Shown here in pieces: positions 29,101-38,400 of a stretch of 62,334 bases of DNA. The number at the start of each line of letters is the position of its first letter. Position 1 is the stretch's first letter. Made by a program: the position numbers and the translations under genes. The DNA comes from a virus (lineage: Duplodnaviria > Caudoviricetes). The notes beneath the pieces are model-generated. The model did not search any database and had not been told where the DNA came from. It worked only from the letters and a program-made list of their open reading frames with translations. The stretch spans positions 1 through 62,334 of IMG/VR virus record IMGVR_UViG_3300000101_000013; one strand, given 5' to 3'.

Positions 29101-32100
29101 CCATGCTCCGATACCATCACTAATAACTTGTGTAAAGTCGTTACTAACAATTGAATCATTTCCGCCGTCATGTAGTGCGCCGTCAATTTTCTGACCTACA
29201 GCTGCTCTACCAAACGTTGTACAGTTTTGTACATATGGCGAACGTGCTGTAATCCATACACGCTCATCTTTTGGTCCCCATCCTGGATCCAACGATGCAT
29301 AAGCACCTGCTGATGGTCTACTTGTACCGTAAGCGTTTGCCGGCCCTAGGTCACCTTGTAGTCCGTCCATTGTTTGTAGTCTAATACCAGTACCATTACG
29401 TAGGTAGTAGAAATCTTCTTCTTGTGATCCAAGCACACTATTTGCATAGTATCTTGCACCTAATGCTGCTCTATACCACCCAGTGTAGTCAACTGCTAAT
29501 ACACTTGTATCATACGATACTAATGGAGCGTTATATTTCTTATTCCAGTTACGTGAATATGCAGCGTCCCATTTCATTCCGTATACATATTCTCTAACAT
29601 CTCTTGCACATAATGTTCTATTATAAGCATAAGTGCTTCTAACTTCAAACATTGCACTATAAGTTTTGTCAATGTATCTTACTGTTCTAATAACAATATC
29701 ATCTGCATTACGTTTAATTTGTATTTGTGCTGCTTTTAAGTCAGCTACTGCACCGTTTACATCTGGATAAGTTGCAGTTGGTAAGCCGTCTAAGTCGCCG
29801 TCTGTAATTACATCTTCAACAAGTTGTAGTAGTGTTTGAGAAAGTGTACCTTCTGTTGCACTAGCTGCTGTTCCTGATGTATCTTGGTTAGCTGCGTTTC
29901 CTGATGATTTAGTAACAGAAACTTCTCTAATAACTTCGTCAGTTACTACTGAAAGTCTGTTGTATGCCGCCGCTGTTGCTGCACCTTCGCCAGCACCACC
30001 TTGGTATACTCCGTCTACATAGTAGCTTCTTGCTGCTTGGTTACTTGCACTTGTACCGCCATACATTATATCATAACGTAGTGCGTCAATTACATAACCA
30101 ACATCTCTTTCACATTTTGCTACATCGTAACTCAGTGAAGGATAGTTAACAGCAATCCATGCTGTTATTTCAGCTATCATAAATGCTCTGTTAGCACCTA
30201 GTTGTGCTACAGCATTAGTTGTGTTTGCTGTTGCTCCTGCTGGTGCTGGATATGTAATTGCATCTGCACTTGCTGGATTTCCGTTTAGAATATCTACTAT
30301 TTCTGCAAAGAATGCATTTGATCTTGATAGGCCTGTTGTACTTGTTCTTACTTTATAAAGTTCTGCAACTTTAGCTTTTGTAAAGTTAATACCTGCTGTT
30401 GTTTGAGCTAATTGAGCTCCTCTACTACTGCCTGCACTTGCTCTTTGATAAGCAAGACCTTGTGTTACAGCATTGTAGTTAGTTCCTAATGTAATATCAT
30501 AACCTACAGCATCTAAGAAATACCCAGTATCTCTACGACATTTGGTTTTGTTATATTGGAAAGATGATTCAGTAGGATCAAAGGCAAAAGCTGATCCGTT
30601 AATAGATGCACTTGCAATAAATGTTGTGTCGCTTTCTATTGATTTAACATAGTATGTTGTACTGTCGCTAACACCAGCTTCAGTAAGTGAATTTGAACTA
30701 TCATCATAGTTATAAAATTTAATACCCATGTTTGGAGATAACCAGCTTGTATCTGCAACGGTAACTGTACCATTTGCTTCAACTTTTGAAACAGCTGCTT
30801 TATAACATTCGTCTGCTTCATTAAGTGCTTCTTGTACAATCCATTCTTTATTAGTTTCTAATTGATATTGTGCATTGTAAATTTCTGGATCTGTTACTTG
30901 CTTGTTTGCACCTTCGTAACTTGCTGTCCAAATAATATCGTTAACCCATTCAAATGTTTCTTCAAGTTGTACACTTGTTTCACATTGTTCACTTGATAAT
31001 ACAGCCTGCATCTCTCTCATTGCAAACATGTTAGCTGCAATAGTAGCATCCTTTTGATCTTTAATAGTTTTGTTTCTTGCTGGTTGTCTACGATATGAAA
31101 ATGCTGTAATGATACTTGCAATATTAGTTCCAAGCATTGCATCATAACGTGCTGCATCAAAAATTAATCCTAAGTCTCTTGTACACTTATCATGATTAAA
31201 TTTAAAGTCACTGTATGTATCAGTTACATACTGTAGAGTTGTTTTGATATGCCCGTCTCTATTTGTATCAAACAATGCATAATCAGTAGCTGTTTGTCCA
31301 GCTTCAGTACTTGTTACTTCAGTAATTGCACTAATTCCTGCAGGACTATCAGCTGTAATAGCATTAGTAACTTCAGTAATAAATGATACAATTAAATTTT
31401 CTTCAGTTGCAGATGCTGCATTACCATTTGTACTTTGTGTTTGTGTGTTACCAGTTTGTTTTGTAATTGAAACTTCAGTAATAACATCTTGTGCAACACT
31501 TGATAAATGTCCGTAAGCTGCAATAGTTTCTGTTGCTTCACCTGGGATAACACTTGCGCCGTTTAGGTTAAAGTATGATTTAGCAATACGTACTTGAGCA
31601 ATATTGCCGCCATACATAATATCATGACATAATCCGTCTACAATAAATGCTACGTCTCTTTCGCAACGTGCTCTATCATATACAAATGATCCTGGAGGAT
31701 TATTGTATGTATTTTCAACATAATTTACAACATCATCAATTATAAACTGTCTGTTTGCTTGTAATAAAGTTTTAGCATTAACAGCATTTGTTGTTGAGTT
31801 GTAACTTGGAAAAGTTAATGCATTTTCAGCTGTAGTGCTATTTTGTAAAATATCAATTACTTCGTTATAAAATGTTGTTGTTCGTGTTGTATAAGTTGCA
31901 TCAGTTAAATCAGCTACTTGTAAATCACGGAACTTTCTAATTGCTCCAACAGTTTGGCTTTTTTGAGCACCTTGTAAATATTCAGATGTTTCTCTTCTGT
32001 ATGCTCTTCCAGCTTGTATTGCTAGATAATTAGAACCTGTAAGTGTATCATTTTGTGCACCTTCAGATAATATTTCTAAGTCACGTCTACAAATGCCACT

Positions 32101-33171
32101 GTCATATTTAAAGCTACCAAAGTTTTTGCTAATAAAGTCAATTGTATATTCGCCAACTTGAGCTTTTGCGTTATCTATTGCTGTTGAATCTGCAAATGTT
32201 AATGCGTTTGCTCCTGCGACACTTGGGTATACTTCTGCAACTGTTCCCACACCACTATTAATAGTGTCTGTAATATCGTCAAACAAGTTACCAATTGTAG
32301 TTGATTCAGTTGCTGTTCCGCCAGTGCCTGCAATTTGTGTTACGTCTGTTTGTAGTACCGGTGTTACTGTAATGTTACGCTGTACAGTTTGTACTAGCTG
32401 TTTCATAAATCCGTAAGCTGCAATAGTAGCGGCTTTTTCACTTGCTGCAATTTCTAAAACTGCACCTGTATAATATGCTTCGCCTGCAACAACTGATTGC
32501 CAGTTACCACCGTATGTTAAATCGTATGCTATTGCATCTAAAATAAATCCAATATCTTGTTTACACTTTGTACGACTATATTTTAAGTTTGGATAGTTTT
32601 CTGTAATATAAGCTGTAGTTTCAGTTTTGATAAAATCTCTATTTTGTAAAAATAAATCACGTCCACGTCCAGCGTTTGCATTTGTCATATCCCATGGCTT
32701 AGGAAATTCTGCATATAATTTTTCACCTAGTTGTGCATCAATACTTCTACGTATACCACGTACTTGACGTGTTAAGCCTTCCCAGGCTTGTGGAGTTTCA
32801 GCATATGGATATGCTACTGTTTGAGTTAGAGTATTGCCGGTTGTTGGAGCCATTGTTAGCCCCGATGCAACGTTACCTACAACTTGCTCAATTCTTTCTA
32901 ATGCTTTACTACTATATTTAAAATCGCTTTTTGGTGTTAGTGTTGAGTTTGTAGACTTTCTTGGTTGTACGTTTACAGAACGAAGTTCGTCTCCCATAAT
33001 ACAACATTCAGCTGGAATAATAATAGGAAGTACTTCTCTGTATTGACCAGTTGTAACTTTTATTAATGTTTTCCGTATGCTTCTTGCCGGAATGTTTGTC
33101 GCAACCCCTGCGGTAATTGCGTCTGTAATTATTTTCCCTAAACTGGAAATAGTTGCAAAATTAGTAGCCAT
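26149..33171 (-). CDS. Giant virion structural protein: tandem phycobiliprotein-like helical repeats, beta-helix, propeller-like region and conserved C-terminal domain
   Basis: 2340 aa. Seven C-x-[RQ]-D repeats; RSPYVQNCTT beta-helix; S.DG..W repeats; C-terminus (GHDFLDIGTG, TDQDGNFRVG, EFSTD) shared with 35433..41012. GGAGG RBS and TAATG coupling. Confidence 0.8.
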   Translation of the reverse strand: MATNFATISSLGKIITDAITAGVATNIPARSIRKTLIKVTTGQYREVLPIIIPAECCIMGDELRSVNVQPRKSTNSTLTPKSDFKYSSKALERIEQVVGNVASGLTMAPTTGNTLTQTVAYPYAETPQAWEGLTRQVRGIRRSIDAQLGEKLYAEFPKPWDMTNANAGRGRDLFLQNRDFIKTETTAYITENYPNLKYSRTKCKQDIGFILDAIAYDLTYGGNWQSVVAGEAYYTGAVLEIAASEKAATIAAYGFMKQLVQTVQRNITVTPVLQTDVTQIAGTGGTATESTTIGNLFDDITDTINSGVGTVAEVYPSVAGANALTFADSTAIDNAKAQVGEYTIDFISKNFGSFKYDSGICRRDLEILSEGAQNDTLTGSNYLAIQAGRAYRRETSEYLQGAQKSQTVGAIRKFRDLQVADLTDATYTTRTTTFYNEVIDILQNSTTAENALTFPSYNSTTNAVNAKTLLQANRQFIIDDVVNYVENTYNNPPGSFVYDRARCERDVAFIVDGLCHDIMYGGNIAQVRIAKSYFNLNGASVIPGEATETIAAYGHLSSVAQDVITEVSITKQTGNTQTQSTNGNAASATEENLIVSFITEVTNAITADSPAGISAITEVTSTEAGQTATDYALFDTNRDGHIKTTLQYVTDTYSDFKFNHDKCTRDLGLIFDAARYDAMLGTNIASIITAFSYRRQPARNKTIKDQKDATIAANMFAMREMQAVLSSEQCETSVQLEETFEWVNDIIWTASYEGANKQVTDPEIYNAQYQLETNKEWIVQEALNEADECYKAAVSKVEANGTVTVADTSWLSPNMGIKFYNYDDSSNSLTEAGVSDSTTYYVKSIESDTTFIASASINGSAFAFDPTESSFQYNKTKCRRDTGYFLDAVGYDITLGTNYNAVTQGLAYQRASAGSSRGAQLAQTTAGINFTKAKVAELYKVRTSTTGLSRSNAFFAEIVDILNGNPASADAITYPAPAGATANTTNAVAQLGANRAFMIAEITAWIAVNYPSLSYDVAKCERDVGYVIDALRYDIMYGGTSASNQAARSYYVDGVYQGGAGEGAATAAAYNRLSVVTDEVIREVSVTKSSGNAANQDTSGTAASATEGTLSQTLLQLVEDVITDGDLDGLPTATYPDVNGAVADLKAAQIQIKRNADDIVIRTVRYIDKTYSAMFEVRSTYAYNRTLCARDVREYVYGMKWDAAYSRNWNKKYNAPLVSYDTSVLAVDYTGWYRAALGARYYANSVLGSQEEDFYYLRNGTGIRLQTMDGLQGDLGPANAYGTSRPSAGAYASLDPGWGPKDERVWITARSPYVQNCTTFGRAAVGQKIDGALHDGGNDSIVSNDFTQVISDGIGAWLLNNGRAELVSVFTYYSHIGYLCETGGRARATNGNNSYGTYGSVAEGVDPDEVPVTAVVDNSTQYNATISNLFTDTDTLQRLEYAHAGNDYTEANINIFGAGENESLLADEFRDGGINRIQIGETVETPSNAGGTNYTVVSNTAQAGSTTSINLAATDGSISSAYVGMAIYITGGAGTGNYGYITSYNSGSKLAAVSNRYGVSGWSHVVPGTAIVAPNSSSTYVVEPRVTIPAPANSVSTVQTIATDDFNNIEFVETANQYTAVASESNSDGSGATFNVTRNGAKYYVTVASAGQEFTRLSTVTIKGSNLGGTDVDNDIVVTITTVTAAGGVVDFDFAGIGRKGYFIACADGNFYTSVDGTTAASWTTITQTGDHLNLASALLNDGSTTFKPHAAVATRASSNIVSVSIDESLATWSNKTLSDLTAGTAMNVATGYVAAGTNRFIVTSNADQDVAYSDDGGSNWSTYATALPGTGYDCLTYGKGLFVALDSGSTNAQTSPTGETWTARTLPNSKTWIDVVWGNGIFVALASDTGANNMAYSIDGITWVAASTPSATATPSGIAYGQGVFVITYSDDETIIGESFDGVTWTEVTGLTDIGEKIAFGNPHTIGASVPIGRFVSVDDTSNTAKAIYRGAPALGRAGVANQKIFEVRMTEPGSGYEGAAPSITVTDPGNIEDVVLVPKIRNGVLANPTFINRGSGFITASAEVDATTSNGGADFTQSGQFVAVRRLSATPVNGSNVEFDSLPGQFFKLVNTVSLVGLNDGSKTAFLQLSPDMSITDAPVDGNGVTMRIRFSQVRLTGHDFLDIGTGGFTTTNYPGIPTIAPDQLKETKDDNGGRVFFTATDQDGNFRVGDLFSIEQATGVATLNAEAFNIAGLQELSLGEVTLGGNSASISEFSTDPFFTANSDTVVPTQRAVKAYIEAQIGGGGATLNVNSVTAGDIFINTNQITTVSGEQINIKANVNFTGSVLGLPIAYNYFLR

Positions 33172-35396
33172 TAGTATCCTCCGCCCTCGGCATATCCGCC
33201 CTCGGGTGTTTCATCTGAATATGTGCCGCCGGAACTACTTCCGCTTATTACGCCATCATATACAACAGTGTCCTGTGCGCCGAGTGCTGTTTCAAAATAT
33301 TGTGGTACAACTCTAGTTGAGTTATCACCGTTTGTTGTTTGGTAATTTACTGCTGGTGCAGCTTGTTGTAGAACTTTTTCTATTAAACTAATACCGTAAT
33401 TAATACTAGCAACAGTTTCTGCTTCTTGCCCTAGTGCATAAAATTGTCCTGGATCAGTTACATATGATAGTGCAACTTCTCTTGATTTAACATTTCCGCC
33501 GTGTTTTAGATCATATATAAAAGCATCAATAATATAACCCATATCTCTTTCACATTTTTTACTATCATATTTAAATGAAGTAGTAAAAGGTGATGTATTA
33601 TTAGCAACTTGATAGTCAGTCCACTCAACAATTTCACGTTGTATAAATCTTCTATTCATTTCTAATAATTTTGATGCACCAACTGCTTTAGTTCCTCTTT
33701 CAACTTGTTGTGCTGCATATCTAATACTCTTAAATGGTCTATCAATATTTTTTCCGTAAGTTGGAGCAGGTGAATTAGTGCCATGTTCTGCTACATAATA
33801 TACATCTACTGATTGTCCTAAGAACTCCCAGTTTGGTACACCACTTGAATCTACTGTAAGTATTTGTCCATCTTCGCCAATTGGTAATCTAACTGGTGTT
33901 GCACCACTATAGTAAACCATGTCACCTTTAGTAGTTAGTACTGATTGCTCAGTACCAATTGTCATAACATTCCAGTATGTACCTGTAGTATCTTGATCTG
34001 GTCTCGAATTATCAGCACCTGCGCCTACACCAGATGAACCGTCGTCACCTTCTGATAAGTGTCCTAGTATACATACGTATGAGTTATCACCGTAACGTAC
34101 AACATCACCTAATACATAACTTGCATCATCGATCCAAATTCCTTTCCAGTCAAAACCTGTACTTAGTTTTTCCCAGTAAGTAGTATTTGGTGGTGTTTGT
34201 GTTCTGTGTGCTAATATACAACGATACATGTAACCGCCTAAGCGTACAGTATCACCTTGTAAGTAATATCTATTTGTTGAATCTTCTTCCCAGTCTCCTT
34301 GGAACGTCATGCCACGTGCAAACAATTCCCATTCCGGAGTTCCTGTTGCTGTTGTAACCCAAGTTCCGCCTGAGGTATAAGCACCAAACGCAGTTGAATT
34401 AACTGCAATAGTTAATGCTCTATCTGTATAAAGTTTAAAAGTATTAGTACTAACAGCGCCAACATAATAGTTATTTGTATTAAGGTCTGTCATACCAACA
34501 ACACCAGTAATTGTAATCTGTTTACCGTTGCTTAATTCGTGTAAGTTACTTGTAATTGTAACCGATGCCGCATTGTCAGCGCCAGTGATTACTCCGCCAC
34601 TATCGCCTGGCTTAGGACCAAGAGTGTCTTCTTTGGCAATATAACTATTACCGCCAAATTGTACAACGTCACCTGGTTGATAACCAATTGCATCGTTCCA
34701 TTCGTTTTCGTATTGGAAGCCTTCGACAAACTTAGACCATTTTGCACTGTCTACTGCAAATGTTGCTTGTGATGTGTGGTAAGTGTTTACAATCCATAAA
34801 CTAGCACCAAATTTTACAACATCATTTAGTTTATAACGTATGCTAGGTGCCCAATCATTTTTCCAATCAAACCCTTGATTAAATACTGTCCATTTTGATA
34901 AATCAGCTTCTAGTCCTAATGTATCAGTTGCTGCACTAATGTGATATGTATTACAAACATATGTTGAACCACCGTACTTTACTAAGTCATTAGCTTTGTA
35001 ATCGTATGTTGTAGCCCAATCGCCTTTGTAGTCAAGTCCTGTAGCAAATACTTCCCATTTAGCAATGTCTGGTTCTAAACCTGTACTTGAATCAACTGCA
35101 GATGTGTGATCTGTTTTACAGATATAAACTGTTGCTCCGTAACGTACAATATTATCTCTAATATATGCAGTTTGAGGTGCCCAATCGCCTAACCATTTTT
35201 GGCCATCAGCCATAATGTTCCATTTGCTAGGAACAATGTCTAAATCAGTAAAGAAAGCTGCTGAGCCAACATGCCCTGTTACACAAATGTATATCTTGCC
35301 GCCATATTCTACAACGTCATCTTTGAAGTATGTAGTACCGGTTACCCATGTACTTTTCCATACAAATCTAATTCTACCTAACTTAAACTCTGCCAT
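33171..35396 (-). CDS. Virion structural protein with carbohydrate-binding-type Trp repeats (N-terminal half of a split giant protein)
   Basis: MAEFKL start; about 7 W.G.W...Y...D.V.YG...Y.C...H repeats (CBM5/12-like); LTTKGDM; one KCERDMGY repeat. Confidence 0.8.
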   Translation of the reverse strand: MAEFKLGRIRFVWKSTWVTGTTYFKDDVVEYGGKIYICVTGHVGSAAFFTDLDIVPSKWNIMADGQKWLGDWAPQTAYIRDNIVRYGATVYICKTDHTSAVDSSTGLEPDIAKWEVFATGLDYKGDWATTYDYKANDLVKYGGSTYVCNTYHISAATDTLGLEADLSKWTVFNQGFDWKNDWAPSIRYKLNDVVKFGASLWIVNTYHTSQATFAVDSAKWSKFVEGFQYENEWNDAIGYQPGDVVQFGGNSYIAKEDTLGPKPGDSGGVITGADNAASVTITSNLHELSNGKQITITGVVGMTDLNTNNYYVGAVSTNTFKLYTDRALTIAVNSTAFGAYTSGGTWVTTATGTPEWELFARGMTFQGDWEEDSTNRYYLQGDTVRLGGYMYRCILAHRTQTPPNTTYWEKLSTGFDWKGIWIDDASYVLGDVVRYGDNSYVCILGHLSEGDDGSSGVGAGADNSRPDQDTTGTYWNVMTIGTEQSVLTTKGDMVYYSGATPVRLPIGEDGQILTVDSSGVPNWEFLGQSVDVYYVAEHGTNSPAPTYGKNIDRPFKSIRYAAQQVERGTKAVGASKLLEMNRRFIQREIVEWTDYQVANNTSPFTTSFKYDSKKCERDMGYIIDAFIYDLKHGGNVKSREVALSYVTDPGQFYALGQEAETVASINYGISLIEKVLQQAAPAVNYQTTNGDNSTRVVPQYFETALGAQDTVVYDGVISGSSSGGTYSDETPEGGYAEGGGY

Positions 35397-35432
35397 TTAT
35401 CTGCTCCACTATTGTATTTATCATTGTTGCCA

Positions 35433-38400
35433 TTAACTCGATCCACCTTGGACTTCTGATACAAATTCTCTTGAAAACAGCATTTGACTTATAATTGTAC
35501 CTTGTACTGCTGTAAGATTTCCGTTTGCGTCTTTACCACTAAAGTCTACTACTCTCGGAATATTTAGATATCCATCAGTTGTTGTTGATATTTCGTTTGT
35601 ATCAGTTCCTACTTTTACTGTACCTGCAACAATTCCGTTTGTTTCTAAGTCAGAACCACCAACTGATAATCTATCAGCTAAGAATGTTGCTACAGCTTTT
35701 TGCGTAGGAATAATATTATTTGAATCAGCACTAAATGTTCCGTCAGTACTAAATTCGTTAATTACTGCTCCTGATCCACCAAGTCTAACACCACCTAATG
35801 ATAACTGGCTCAGTCCGTCTAAGTCAAAGAACTCAGCACTAATTGTTACAATACCAGTTGCCTGTTGTACACTGAACAATTCACCTGCTCTAAAGTTACC
35901 ATCTTGGTCTGTACTTACGTAGAATACTCTACCACCATTAAGTTCTTCAACTTCGTTTTCTGGCGCACTTGTAAAAAATGCTCCGCCAGCATATAATGTT
36001 GGATAGTTTGTTTCTTCAAAGTTACCTGTACCAATATCTAAAAAGTCGTGTCCTGTAATTCTACATTGACTATATCCGCTTCTAAGTGTTACTGCTGTAC
36101 CGTGTAGCATATTATTTTCGTTACGTAGTCTTGGTGTAATTGTAAATTTTACGCTTTTTGTTCCATTACCTGAACCGTCGTCACCTAAGTCAGTAATACC
36201 TACACCTGTGTAAAGTGCTAAGTCTGCTGGATCTTCAGTAAGTAGATTTGGTAGTGTTGAAAATCTAATTTGAACACCTGGTCCAGGTACAACATTTACA
36301 CCGTCAATTACCACTTCATTCTTTTCTGGTATAATATCAGCGTACCCGTCACCTGCTAATGTAATAGTTGAACTACTTGATCTATAACCTGCACCTCTAT
36401 CAATAAAGGATGGTTGAGATAATACTCCATTACCGTAACGCATGTCAACTTCTAATCCTGTAACAAATGTTGTATCAACAATAGTTAAGCTACATGGATT
36501 TGTATCTGAATAACCACTACCTGGATCCCATATTAGAATATTGTTGTATGCTCCTTGGAATATATTTGCTTTAAATTTAGCACGTTTTCCAGCATTCATA
36601 CTAGTTATACCATTGGATGATGTTTGGTCACCAAATGCAATAAATGTACCTACTGATCCTGGGTTTGCAAATAGTAGTGTTGAGTACAATCTAGCATTGC
36701 TATTCATATTACGTTCAGTCCAAATTATACCATCTTCTGTTGTAGCACAACGATCAGTTTCATCTGCTGCTGGTGTCGGTGCTCCTGTTCCAACAATTGA
36801 CTTGTCGCCAACTGCCATAAACACACCTTGCCCGTATATAAAATCTTTAATCTGTATATCTACACCATCAAGTTGTGGAATCTGTGTTCCTAATTTAAAT
36901 GTTTGACCTCTATCTAAACTATAAACAGTTTTACCACTAAATGTTACTCCAATAAATCTATTATCTCCGTATGCAAATCCTGCCCAATCATATTCGCCTG
37001 CTGGTAACGCATTTAAATATAATGTCCAGGCTGAGCCATTTGTAGTTACAGCTGATTGCTGATCACTTCCTGATAACACAACAAATTGTCCTTGTCCGTA
37101 TTCAACTTTTTGCCACTGTGCTGTTGTAGAATCATCACTAGCAGGTATAGTTCCTGAAGTCCAAGTAAGTCCGTCTGTACTAGTTGCAACAGCATTACTT
37201 CCTTCTGCAATAGCTAAGAATCGACCCCCTCCAAATGCAATATCAGTCCAGTTATCTGTTCCTGGTAAAGCTCTTTGAATCCAAGTTTCTCCATCATATG
37301 AAAATGCAACATTACTAGTATTATTTTCTAATGCTACATATGCATCTTGTCCTGCAACAATTTTCCTCCAGTCACCTACATTTGGTAAGTTACCTTCAGT
37401 CCAGGTTGCACCATCATCTGAATATGCTGTAAAGTTCGGATCTGCTATAGCAACAGCTCTTTTACCTCTTGTAGTACCTTTGCTACTAAATGTTACAATA
37501 GCGTTAGTACTATCATCCGATACTGATAATACTTCTACTTCAATATCGTTTGCAGGAGTTGCTCCGCCAACTGCTGTTCCTAAGATTGTAAGTTTATCTC
37601 CAACAGCATAACCTGCACCTGCACCAACTTTTGTTAGATTGTATGCTTGTCCTTTGCGCTCAACATTAAATCTAGCTGCAACAGCTTCGTCGTCAAATGT
37701 TTCACCTGTACCTATACCTACAGTTATGTTTGTATAAACAACAGTTTGATAACCCCAAGTTGCTCCAAGCCAGTTTCTTGCTGCTGGTAAGTTTCCTGAA
37801 TTCGCTGTAAATGTTGGAGCATTTGCAATAATACTTGCTTCAATTCTATAGTTAGTTGTTGAATCAAAATCTGGTACTAAGTCAGTTCCAGGTATAATAT
37901 GATCCCATCCTGCTGTGCCGTCTGATTCTTTTGTTACTGTCACGTCTCTAGTTACACTATCAAATACATTAAGCTGTGCATATTGTCCTGCACCTCTACC
38001 ACTAGTAATAATAACACGCATATCTTGAATGTCTGATGTAAACTGAGTCGGGTCGTTAGCATTTAATCTAATAGTACTTGTTGCATCTACAGTAATCTGT
38101 GCGCTACTTGCTATAACCTTAAATCCACTACCGCCTTCTGTTCCTGAACCTTTTGTATTAATAAGTCTTGGTTCAAATACTCCGCCGTCTCTAAAATCAA
38201 CATATTCAACAGTAGCATTATCGCCAGCACCAATAATAGTTGCTGTTGCATTTGTATACTGTTCGCCTGTGTTTTCGTACTGGAATAAAAATAATTCGTC
38301 AGCTGATCCGCCAGCAAAAGCACTTTCAACAATAGCTTCGTTTACTCTGTTGTTTACTGTTCCTGCATCCGGAGTTTCTAAAGGATCGTTACCGTCAGCA

